Assembly (NCBI GenBank): GCA_050290185.1
Contig: JBNKHE010000001.1
Coordinates: 610,713-674,712, forward strand
DNA: 64,000 nucleotides
Reading direction: 5' to 3'
Origin: Pontiella sp.
GTDB lineage: Bacteria; Verrucomicrobiota; Kiritimatiellia; Kiritimatiellales; Pontiellaceae
The notes beneath the pieces were generated by a model. That model was not told where the DNA came from and searched no databases. It saw only the letters and a program-made list of their open reading frames with translations. Both the position numbers and the translations under genes were made by a program. Position 1 is the stretch's first letter, and each line of letters opens with the position of its first letter. Positions 10,000-18,545 of the stretch are shown in pieces.

Positions 10000-12900
10000 T
10001 TACGGACTTGGTGAAACAACGACCTCCGCGCCCGTATAGTTCACGATTTCGTCGGCTATAGCCGTATTGGTGATGCCAGCGCCTTGGCCTGCACCGACCC
10101 ACACCACCCGGAATGTCCGGTTCGAGAGCATGCCCGGGAAGGAGCCCTGCCGCGCGCCAATTGTCAGGGTTTGCGCGGTTTCGTCCCAGGTAAAGGGAAT
10201 GGTGGCATAGCTGCCGGTTTCATAGTTGTAGTTGTCGTTTTCATCCTCGTAGAGGGTGAAGTTTCCGTCGCCCCCGCGATAGACGCGGATTTCCATGGGA
10301 TCGACGCTTTCCGTCGCATACTGGATATCCGGGCCGTACGGCAGGATGGAGCCGGCACGTACAAAGATCGGCATCATGTCGATGGTTGCCGTGGCGCTGA
10401 TGGCCTGGCCGCCCGAATAGGAATTTCCGGTCCAGAAGTCATACCAGCTTGTTCCGGCCGGCAGATAGACATTCCGGCTGGTTGCGCCGGCGGCGGTCAC
10501 GGGACAGGCCATCATGGCCGGTCCAAACATGAACTGGTTGTTGATGTCGTACACGCTGCTATCCGACGGGAAGTCCATCAGCAGCGGCCGCATCATGGTG
10601 TAGCCTTCGCTCGTGACCATCCACGACACCGAGTAGATGTAGGGAATCAGGTGGTAGCGGAGGTTGACGAAGTCGATCAGCCGCGTCTGGGTCGCAGCCG
10701 GGAAACGCCAGATTTCCTTCGCATAGCTGGTGCCGTGAATCCGGAACATGGGGCAGAATGCGCCATATTGGAACCAGCGGGTAAACAGTTCGGCATAAGC
10801 CGCGGTCGAGGGATCCCCGCCAAAGAAGCCACCGATATCAGTGTTCCAATACGGAACGCCGGCAGCGGTGAAGTTCAGTCCTGCGGGGATTTGCTTGGTG
10901 TAAACATCCCAGGATCCCTGGATATCACCCGACCAGGTCACCGCGGCATTGCGTTGCTGGCCGGCAAAACCGGAACGGGTCAGGATAAAGACGCGTTTAT
11001 CTGAATTCTCGGCGCGCTGACCCTCATAAACCCCGGTGGTCTGCATCAGCGAATAGGCATTGTGCACCTTCGATCCGGCACCCAATGCGGTATCGTAGTG
11101 CCGGAATTCGCCCCAGGCCCCGCTCAGCTCCGGTTCGGACGCGTCGCACCACCATCCATCCAGGCCGTAACTGAAGAGGTGGTCCGAAAGGCCCTGCCAA
11201 TAAACCTGCCGCCCCGCCGGACGGAAGGGATCCAGCCATTTGCCCTGGCCGGCCGGCCACACGTAGGGAATGACGGGATCCAACGCACCATCGACCGCTT
11301 CGAGATCCTGCAGGTTGGGAATGCTGGTCCCGCCGGAAGTGACATCGAACTTGGCCCACACAGAGATGATGATGTGGACATTTGTGGCATGTATTGTATC
11401 CACCATGGCCTGCGGATCCGGGTAGCGGGTGGGATCGAAGTAATGCGACCCCCAGCCGCTTTGACCGAGTACTGCAGTTGAATCGTTCAAATCGGGCCAG
11501 TAGCGCCAGTCTTGGATAATTCCATCCAGCGGGATTCCCATACTGCGGTAGGTCTCCACCACGCCGAGCAGTTCGTCCTGGGTCTGGTAGCGTTCCTTGC
11601 ATTGCCACAATCCCCATGCCCACTTCCCGAACAGAGGCGGCGCGCCGGTAAGGTGCCGGTAGCCGGCAATGGCGTCATCGGGATCAGGCCCGTAGCAGAA
11701 ATAGTAATCCACGGCATCGCCGGCTTCCGAATTCCAGCTCATCCGGTTGGCCACCGAGTCGCCCACATCCACCGTGGTGATGGAGGCGCTGTCCCAGAGC
11801 AGGGCATACCCCTTTGAAGACAGCAGCACAGGAATCACAGCATCTTGGTTTTCCTGTTGCAAAACCCGGGTTTCGCCCACCCGGTTCATGACGCCATCAT
11901 TATGGAACTGGCCCAGACCGGAAAGCGCTTCGCCATCATCCAATGTAAAACTCTGTTTCAGGGTATAGCTTGCTTCATCCAGCCCGTTGAGCGTGGTCAG
12001 GGTCGTGGGGACCAGGGTCTTTCCCCCACCCGTTTGTTCCGCCAGCAATGACACCCCATTGGTATCATAGAAACCAACGGTTCCCGCACTGCGACTCACC
12101 CGAACTTCGAGGGCGGAAGTGGTCAGACGGATATCGGAAGGATTCTGCGTAAGGGTCCAACCTGAATTTGTTGAAGATGCAATAACGGTCAGGCTGTTGG
12201 TCGGAATGGAATTGGTCAGGCTGTAGGCCACACGAATCACGCTTGGCGAGAAAACCTGCAATTTCATGATGCCTGGATCCATTTGCAAGGTGGCACCATC
12301 GGCATCCTGCTGCACGGAAACCACCGGAATCAGATGTTCACCGGAAGATTGCTTCAGGCGATAGAACTTTGAGTTTTCATCCAAGGAATTGACCACGAAA
12401 TTGGTGCCGTTTCCGGCGTCCTCCGTATTTCCGGTGTAGTCCCATTCGCCATCCACCAGGTTGGTGGACGCCATCAGTAGGTATTCCAGGGAGGAGGAAG
12501 GCCAAACCAAGGTCGCCAGATTGTTTGATATGGAGGCAATGGACAGTGATGGCACCACCAGGGAGGAAAGCTCGACCACAAAGGTCCGGTCACCGGCGTG
12601 TACCGTGCCGGTGTTGAGGTCCCCCTTGCCGACGGTCGTATAGGCCGAACCTCCGGAATATTGGTTGGCTTCCATGCCGGCCAGTTCGAACCACGGGCTG
12701 TACGAGGTTAAATCAAAACCATACTGCTTGTCGGACCCCAGAACAACCGGGGTGGACAGCGTAATCTTCAGCCAATTTCCGGTGCCGTTCCAAGTACCAC
12801 CGCCTCCGCTGAATCCACTGCCTGCCGCGACCGTGGCGGTTTCGCTATGAACAACGAAATCCGATGCGCCGGACTGGGCGGGATCCACGATCCGCAGCGT

Positions 12901-13260
12901 AATTTGCGAGCCGTCGGCAAGGTTGGCGAACGTTCCATTGTCCAGGAAATTGGTATACCCCACCTGCCGCACCCAAACCGTTGTCAGGACGTAGCCCCCG
13001 GCTTGCATGCCGGTCGTAAAGAGCTGGCCCTGGGTGGTTCGGTCGTTGGCTACATAGGTGTAGGCGTCGTTGTCGCCCGCATAGGTGATGCCCGTTCCCC
13101 CGATGTTTTCCGTGTCGGAACCCGGGGAAACCAGCTGGGCGATGTCGTTGGGCCCCACGGACGGAGCAGCGGATTGCGAAGTAAGGGTCGCCGCCTGCGC
13201 AAACGCAGCTACGCACATGGACGCTGAAATTAAAATGGAGTGTTTTATGGTCATTGTCAT
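10000..13260 (-). CDS. GH31 alpha-xylosidase-like enzyme with extra N-terminal modules
   Basis: IIQDWRYW, WCDASEPE, WSGDI, YWNTDIGGF motifs; signal peptide. Confidence 0.9.
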   Translation of the reverse strand: MTMTIKHSILISASMCVAAFAQAATLTSQSAAPSVGPNDIAQLVSPGSDTENIGGTGITYAGDNDAYTYVANDRTTQGQLFTTGMQAGGYVLTTVWVRQVGYTNFLDNGTFANLADGSQITLRIVDPAQSGASDFVVHSETATVAAGSGFSGGGGTWNGTGNWLKITLSTPVVLGSDKQYGFDLTSYSPWFELAGMEANQYSGGSAYTTVGKGDLNTGTVHAGDRTFVVELSSLVVPSLSIASISNNLATLVWPSSSLEYLLMASTNLVDGEWDYTGNTEDAGNGTNFVVNSLDENSKFYRLKQSSGEHLIPVVSVQQDADGATLQMDPGIMKLQVFSPSVIRVAYSLTNSIPTNSLTVIASSTNSGWTLTQNPSDIRLTTSALEVRVSRSAGTVGFYDTNGVSLLAEQTGGGKTLVPTTLTTLNGLDEASYTLKQSFTLDDGEALSGLGQFHNDGVMNRVGETRVLQQENQDAVIPVLLSSKGYALLWDSASITTVDVGDSVANRMSWNSEAGDAVDYYFCYGPDPDDAIAGYRHLTGAPPLFGKWAWGLWQCKERYQTQDELLGVVETYRSMGIPLDGIIQDWRYWPDLNDSTAVLGQSGWGSHYFDPTRYPDPQAMVDTIHATNVHIIISVWAKFDVTSGGTSIPNLQDLEAVDGALDPVIPYVWPAGQGKWLDPFRPAGRQVYWQGLSDHLFSYGLDGWWCDASEPELSGAWGEFRHYDTALGAGSKVHNAYSLMQTTGVYEGQRAENSDKRVFILTRSGFAGQQRNAAVTWSGDIQGSWDVYTKQIPAGLNFTAAGVPYWNTDIGGFFGGDPSTAAYAELFTRWFQYGAFCPMFRIHGTSYAKEIWRFPAATQTRLIDFVNLRYHLIPYIYSVSWMVTSEGYTMMRPLLMDFPSDSSVYDINNQFMFGPAMMACPVTAAGATSRNVYLPAGTSWYDFWTGNSYSGGQAISATATIDMMPIFVRAGSILPYGPDIQYATESVDPMEIRVYRGGDGNFTLYEDENDNYNYETGSYATIPFTWDETAQTLTIGARQGSFPGMLSNRTFRVVWVGAGQGAGITNTAIADEIVNYTGAEVVVSPSP

Positions 13261-13351
13261 TATCTCTACTCAGCGCCTTGCACACGTAGTTCCGTGAACA
13301 AGACAAGCGGCTGGTTCCTTGCTAAACCGCACCCGGGAAACCCGGGTGCGG

Positions 13352-13392
13352 AAAAAGACATCCAGTCCTGTCTTATCGGACAGGACTGGGTG
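13352..13392 (-). terminator. Intrinsic terminator after PEP-CTERM gene (second hairpin at 13327-13351)
   Basis: CACCCAGTCCTGTC-CGATAA-GACAGGACTGGATG-TCTTTTT on minus strand. Confidence 0.7.
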
Positions 13393-13405
13393 ATTATATG
13401 TTGAA

Positions 13406-14164
13406 CTACATCATCAAACGGCGGCGAACGAACAATACGCCAACGCCGAATACCCCGATCAGGCTGAGCGTGGCCGGCTCCGGAATCACATTGGAGATCG
13501 CGATGTTGTCCATCATGATCCATGCGTCACTGCCAGCGGCCGGGATGTAGTTATTAATACGCAGAAACAGCTCTCCGCCGGTCTGCGCAGAAACATCAAG
13601 GGTTCCGCCCTCTCCGATGAACAAATTGAAACCGGTGCTATCTCCCTTATCGATCACGAATGAATCCAAAAGAGTTATGCCATCCGCGCCCAGAACATCG
13701 GTATTGTCAGCGGCTACGAATGCACCCGTTCCATTAAACTCATAGACAGCTACACGGATACCGAAATCCCGCCCTGAAGCATTTCCGAAGTCACCATAAT
13801 CGAAGGAAACATCGAATGCCGTGGCAGCAGCATCGGATCCAATGCTCTGGTATACCCAACTGTTGCCGGTAGTACCGTCTACAGTGGCATCGGCCGAGAA
13901 ACCCGAGAACGCCAATGCAGCCTGGCCGGTATAACCGGATTGGGTGTCCGTGGGAACTTCGGCATCACGCGTATCCTGCCAAGGATGCCTAAAAAAATCG
14001 GTGGTAGTAGTGTCACTATACCAACCGCTAATGCTGGCTTGGGTCGACTCGTCGGCGATGCCGGTTTCAAAGTCACCATTGGTGATCAACAACGCGGCAC
14101 CCGCAAACGGCGCCAATCCCAACAGAGCCATCAAAACGACGCCTCTCTTCATTTCTTTTTTCAT
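13406..14164 (-). CDS. PEP-CTERM sorting domain-containing surface protein
   Basis: Signal peptide; C-terminus IPEPATLSLIGVFGVGVLFVRRRLMM. Confidence 0.92.
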   Translation of the reverse strand: MKKEMKRGVVLMALLGLAPFAGAALLITNGDFETGIADESTQASISGWYSDTTTTDFFRHPWQDTRDAEVPTDTQSGYTGQAALAFSGFSADATVDGTTGNSWVYQSIGSDAAATAFDVSFDYGDFGNASGRDFGIRVAVYEFNGTGAFVAADNTDVLGADGITLLDSFVIDKGDSTGFNLFIGEGGTLDVSAQTGGELFLRINNYIPAAGSDAWIMMDNIAISNVIPEPATLSLIGVFGVGVLFVRRRLMM

Positions 14165-14498
14165 TTTTTCTCCTTATTCATTATGGCGCAGATTAACTGC
14201 GTCCTTCCCTCTTGCAACGCACACTGCGTTGCAAAAAAGCGATGTTTTCGGGACACGACAAAGCCAATAACGGCATAGAATTGAGATGTCCCTATTTATG
14301 CGGGCGACAAACGAAGCGGGTTACCGACACATAAATAAAAAAAAATGCATGGTATGGTCGCATCCCGACCATCAAGAGAGAGAATGATGCGCACATGACC
14401 GCACAACTGACTACATCTATGATACTTATGAATATACTCACCTTTTCGAAAAACAAGGAGGCGATGGCAGGAAATGAAACCGTCCAATCGGCGATGGG

Positions 14499-16730
14499 CT
14501 ATTTCCCTTGAAGCAGGCGCTCTGCTTCCTGCTGAAGGAGGTAGGCAATAATCCAGTCGTACCAGAACCCGGAAGGGTTGCTGCCCAAATACTTGATTTT
14601 ACCCAACCCATCGGGAAATTTCTGCTCAACGAGTGCATGGCCCACCGCAAACTCGGAACGAGCTTTGTCGGGCAGGTGAAGACGGCTGTAGGCCATCGCC
14701 TGAATGAGGTGGCACAGCGCAATGCGTGTTGGCGAGGAATCCCGGTATTCCAGACATTGTTTCGACAAGTCAATCGCACGGGCGAATTCCCCCATGCGAT
14801 ACTCGTACAGGGACAGCGACAAAACCCGCCACGCAATGTAACCATCCTGATCCCCTATCAATGTGTCAGCAGGGATCGACGTCCTCACCACATCGGCCAA
14901 TGGCTGCAGGGAATCCATCGTATACTCGTCCGCAGGAACGATCAGACTGAGCTTGATCAACTGCTCAGCGGCGATGGGATTTTGGGTATGGGCAAAGTGC
15001 GAAAGTGTCCGCGTAATCAAGTGGCGGTAGTTTTCCAGATCGCCGACCACCACCAACGGAGGTCCCACCCGTAGCAAGTCCCGAGTGGCATTGTCGGTCA
15101 TATCAGACTTGTCCACCTGCATGGCCTGGGAAAGCTTTAAAAACCGGTCCGCCGCCTCGGGCCACCGGCCCTGGTCAATATTCCAATTCCCCAGCTGATT
15201 GAACACATCGGTGGCCTCGAGGGAGGGCTTGATGACCGGCACCGGACTCTCGCCGACCAATTGATCGGCCTCTTCGGGCTGACCGTGCCGCAACAACACC
15301 GCCGCCTGGGTAATCTTTTCCCGCACCTCGGCTTCCGCCCTCAGGCGGGACTCGCTTTGACGGGCCTCGCGCTCCTTGACAAATAACCAGCTGGAGGTGC
15401 CGAATCCCGCAAGCAGGGTCAAGCTGATGGCCGCCATGGAGGCGAAAACCCCTTTGTTGCGACGCACCAACTTCCCAAATCGGTAGGTCCGGCTCGGTGG
15501 ACGGGCCTTGATCGGTTCATGGTTGAGATGGTGCAACACATCCTCCGCCAAGCCATCGACAGTATTGTAGCGCCGATCCCGATCCTTTTCCAATGCCTTC
15601 ATCACGATCCAGTCGAGGTCACCGCTCAATACCGTGTTGAGCCACCGCAGATCAACGTTTCGGCAACGAAGTGTTTTGTCCAGTTCTTCCGCGCTTAACG
15701 ACTGGAGCTTGACCGATGGCCTTGGAGGTTCCCGCTCACGCAGGATTTTAAGCATTTCAGCGAGACCGGATTTGAGCAGTTCCTTGTGCTCAAAGGGAGG
15801 CTTCCCGACCAGCAACTCGTACAACAGGATGCCCAGGCTGTATACGTCGCTGCGCATGTCCACATCCACGCCACCCAACCCCGCCTGCTCCGGACTCATG
15901 TACGCGGGAGTGCCGACAAACTGTTCGCAGACCGTCTCCTCCATCCGGTCGCCATTCAGTTCCTCACCAATGGCCTTGGCGACGCCAAAATCGATTACCT
16001 TCGGTACGGGCACGTCGTCGAGCATGGTAATCAGGATATTCGAAGGTTTGATGTCGCGGTGGATGATGCCCTTTTGATGCGCATGCTGGATGGCATGGCA
16101 CACCTGGAGAAACAGCTCCTCCCTCTGGCGGACGTTCAGACCCTTTTCATCGCAGTAATCCGTGATCTGCGTGCCATGCACCAGCTCCATCACAAAGAAC
16201 GGGAGTCCTTCGTCCGTTGCGCCGGCATCCAGCACATGGGCAATGTTCGGATGCTCCATGATGGCCAGCAATTGGCGTTCGCCCTCGAACCGCTCGATCA
16301 CCTGCTTGGTATCCGTACCCAGGCGGAGAACCTTCAGGGCAACCTGCCTTCGAACAGGGCGCTCCTGCTCGGCCAGATAGACGTTGCCGCCGCCTCCTTC
16401 CCCGATTTTACGAATCAATCGGTAGGGCCCGATGCATTGGCCCAATTCCCTTTCCCGGGGAGCGACCGAATGGGCCGCGTCCCTGAACGAAGGATCGTCC
16501 GATAGCGACTTCGTCATTTCCTCAACCGAGATCCGGGTTGGACACCCAGACTCGAAGAGCTCTTCCGCTCCCGAATGGGCACCGAGCAACTCCCGGACGG
16601 CCGCATATAATTCGTTATTTCCCGCGCAGGAATCTTCAACATAGCCTTCCCGCTTGTCGCCGGGTTCGATTTCCAGCGCATTGCAGAAAATCTCCCCAGC
16701 CTGATCCATGATGTGGCTATCGTTTTTCAT
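14499..16730 (-). CDS. Membrane-anchored Hanks-type Ser/Thr protein kinase with TPR-like C-terminal domain
   Basis: IGEGGGG, VALK, HRDIKPSN, DFG, GTPAYMSPEQ; hydrophobic segment after RRNK; start ATG 16730 just after sigma stop. Confidence 0.93.
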   Translation of the reverse strand: MKNDSHIMDQAGEIFCNALEIEPGDKREGYVEDSCAGNNELYAAVRELLGAHSGAEELFESGCPTRISVEEMTKSLSDDPSFRDAAHSVAPRERELGQCIGPYRLIRKIGEGGGGNVYLAEQERPVRRQVALKVLRLGTDTKQVIERFEGERQLLAIMEHPNIAHVLDAGATDEGLPFFVMELVHGTQITDYCDEKGLNVRQREELFLQVCHAIQHAHQKGIIHRDIKPSNILITMLDDVPVPKVIDFGVAKAIGEELNGDRMEETVCEQFVGTPAYMSPEQAGLGGVDVDMRSDVYSLGILLYELLVGKPPFEHKELLKSGLAEMLKILREREPPRPSVKLQSLSAEELDKTLRCRNVDLRWLNTVLSGDLDWIVMKALEKDRDRRYNTVDGLAEDVLHHLNHEPIKARPPSRTYRFGKLVRRNKGVFASMAAISLTLLAGFGTSSWLFVKEREARQSESRLRAEAEVREKITQAAVLLRHGQPEEADQLVGESPVPVIKPSLEATDVFNQLGNWNIDQGRWPEAADRFLKLSQAMQVDKSDMTDNATRDLLRVGPPLVVVGDLENYRHLITRTLSHFAHTQNPIAAEQLIKLSLIVPADEYTMDSLQPLADVVRTSIPADTLIGDQDGYIAWRVLSLSLYEYRMGEFARAIDLSKQCLEYRDSSPTRIALCHLIQAMAYSRLHLPDKARSEFAVGHALVEQKFPDGLGKIKYLGSNPSGFWYDWIIAYLLQQEAERLLQGK

Positions 16731-16737
16731 GGAAGAG

Positions 16738-17301
16738 TCACAACTGCTTGCTGATCGCATTGAACAACCACGCCTTCGCCGCAAGCCAGCGCCGGTCCAC
16801 CGAACGCTCGCTCATGCCCAGCGCTTCCGCAACTTCATGATTGGTCATGCCGCCGAAATATTTCATCACCGCGATGCGCGCCCACTCGGGACTCACCTGC
16901 TCCAACTGCTCCAAGGCGTCGTCCACCATCAAGGTAGTCTCGTCCGCCTCTGCCGCCGCCAGGTCCAGCACGTCGATATCGATTCGCTCCTGTCCGCCCC
17001 CATGCTTCAATCGCGATTTACGCCGGGCATGTTCCACCAGGATTCGCCGCATTGCCGTGGCCGCCGATGAAAAAAAGTAGGCCCGGTTGTGCCAGGTTCG
17101 ATCCTCATCGGCTACCATCCGAAGCCAAGCCTCGTTTACCAGCGCCGTGGGAACAAGGGTATGATTCGCCGGCTCCCTCGCCATGTGCGATTTGGCGAGC
17201 TTGTACAGCTCGTCGTACACTAGGGTCAGCAACTTATTGGATCGTTGACCGTCCCCCAGCTTGACCGATTCAAGTATCTGTGTGATTTCGCTCATGGGCA
17301 T
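16738..17301 (-). CDS. ECF sigma factor, TIGR02999-like (STK-associated)
   Basis: LVYDELYKLA..HTLVPTALVNEAWLR..AMRRILVEHAR..KHGG..V.R.W..AKAWL. Confidence 0.92.
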   Translation of the reverse strand: MPMSEITQILESVKLGDGQRSNKLLTLVYDELYKLAKSHMAREPANHTLVPTALVNEAWLRMVADEDRTWHNRAYFFSSAATAMRRILVEHARRKSRLKHGGGQERIDIDVLDLAAAEADETTLMVDDALEQLEQVSPEWARIAVMKYFGGMTNHEVAEALGMSERSVDRRWLAAKAWLFNAISKQL

Positions 17302-17419
17302 AATTCAATAAATGCTGGAACGACTAGTCCAGGCACCTCTGTGACAAAACCCGACTTCCAACCAATACATGATAGTCCTCCAACGAATCGCGTTTGTCGA
17401 ACATTTTAGGAATGATGGC

Positions 17420-18475
17420 TTATTCCTTCACCTCGCCTTGGTCGCCGTCGAGGTCGAGGCGTTCGCGGACGATTTCGAGATGATCGCCGCAATCCTTCAT
17501 TTCATACAGCTTGCCCTGTGCGTTGCGAAATGGACGGTGCAAAACCATCATCAACTGCCCATCGAATCGATGGAACAACATGCCATGACCGGAATCTCCC
17601 TTGACCAGTGGAGCGAGCTGTTCCCAAGGCCCCTGCAGCCTTCCCGATGCGGAGCGGGCACAGGTCTGTACGTAGGAGCCGTTTTCATAACTCGACCACA
17701 GCATCAGTAAATGGTTGTCCTTGGTACGATACAGTTCCGGCCCATCGGTGACATAATGCAGATCGAAGTTCTCCGGCTTGATCGTGGCATTCAACCACGG
17801 TGCGTCGGAGGCCTTGAAGAGGTGGATCGGATCGCTGGCGGCTTTTGAAAGATCCTCGTTCAAGGGGATTGCCTCTATCGTTCCATCGATCTTCTGAATC
17901 CATTCGTGGGCATAGACCATCCATGGCTGGCCGTCGGGATCGACGTAGAGTGTGCCGTCGAGCGTCATGAAGTTTGACGGCGTCGCGGCGGCATCGGGAT
18001 TGAGCATGGTAAACAGACCATCGGGCGAATCCGCCACCGCAACGATGGTACCGCGCACATAATTCGTTTTCCACGAATCCGGCGGCGCCGACAAGACACG
18101 CGCCTCATTATGAAGCGTTGTAAACAGATAGTATCGGCCCTTGTATTCATGCACTTCCGGTGCCCAGCCGCCCTGCTGCGCAAAGGCATCGCCAGGGACG
18201 ATGAACACCGCCTTCGGCTTTTCCCAGTTCAGCAGATCCTTCGATGTGTAGACCATCGTCCCCACCCCGCACGTACCGGACAGGCGACCACGGTTCGAAG
18301 TATAGAGGTAGTAGGTTCGAGTCGGCTTGTGAGCCAGAATGTAGGGATCGTACAGCGGCATGTCCGGCAGGCGCAGACTATTGCGTCCTGCAGGCACGCT
18401 GTCTTGCGCATGTACCGACAAAGCGGTCAGCACCACCCATAATAACGCGTTTAGTTTCCACGCATATCCCGTCAT
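17420..18475 (-). CDS. GH43 family glycoside hydrolase (arabinanase/arabinofuranosidase-like)
   Basis: YDPYI, WAPEV, LDGTLY, DGPE, SGHGMLF propeller motifs; signal peptide. Confidence 0.88.
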   Translation of the reverse strand: MTGYAWKLNALLWVVLTALSVHAQDSVPAGRNSLRLPDMPLYDPYILAHKPTRTYYLYTSNRGRLSGTCGVGTMVYTSKDLLNWEKPKAVFIVPGDAFAQQGGWAPEVHEYKGRYYLFTTLHNEARVLSAPPDSWKTNYVRGTIVAVADSPDGLFTMLNPDAAATPSNFMTLDGTLYVDPDGQPWMVYAHEWIQKIDGTIEAIPLNEDLSKAASDPIHLFKASDAPWLNATIKPENFDLHYVTDGPELYRTKDNHLLMLWSSYENGSYVQTCARSASGRLQGPWEQLAPLVKGDSGHGMLFHRFDGQLMMVLHRPFRNAQGKLYEMKDCGDHLEIVRERLDLDGDQGEVKE

Positions 18476-18545
18476 CGTTTCCTCCCGACGGTGCAATTCA
18501 TACTTATTCAGCCTCTGATGACACTGACTCGTGGTGAATGATTTA

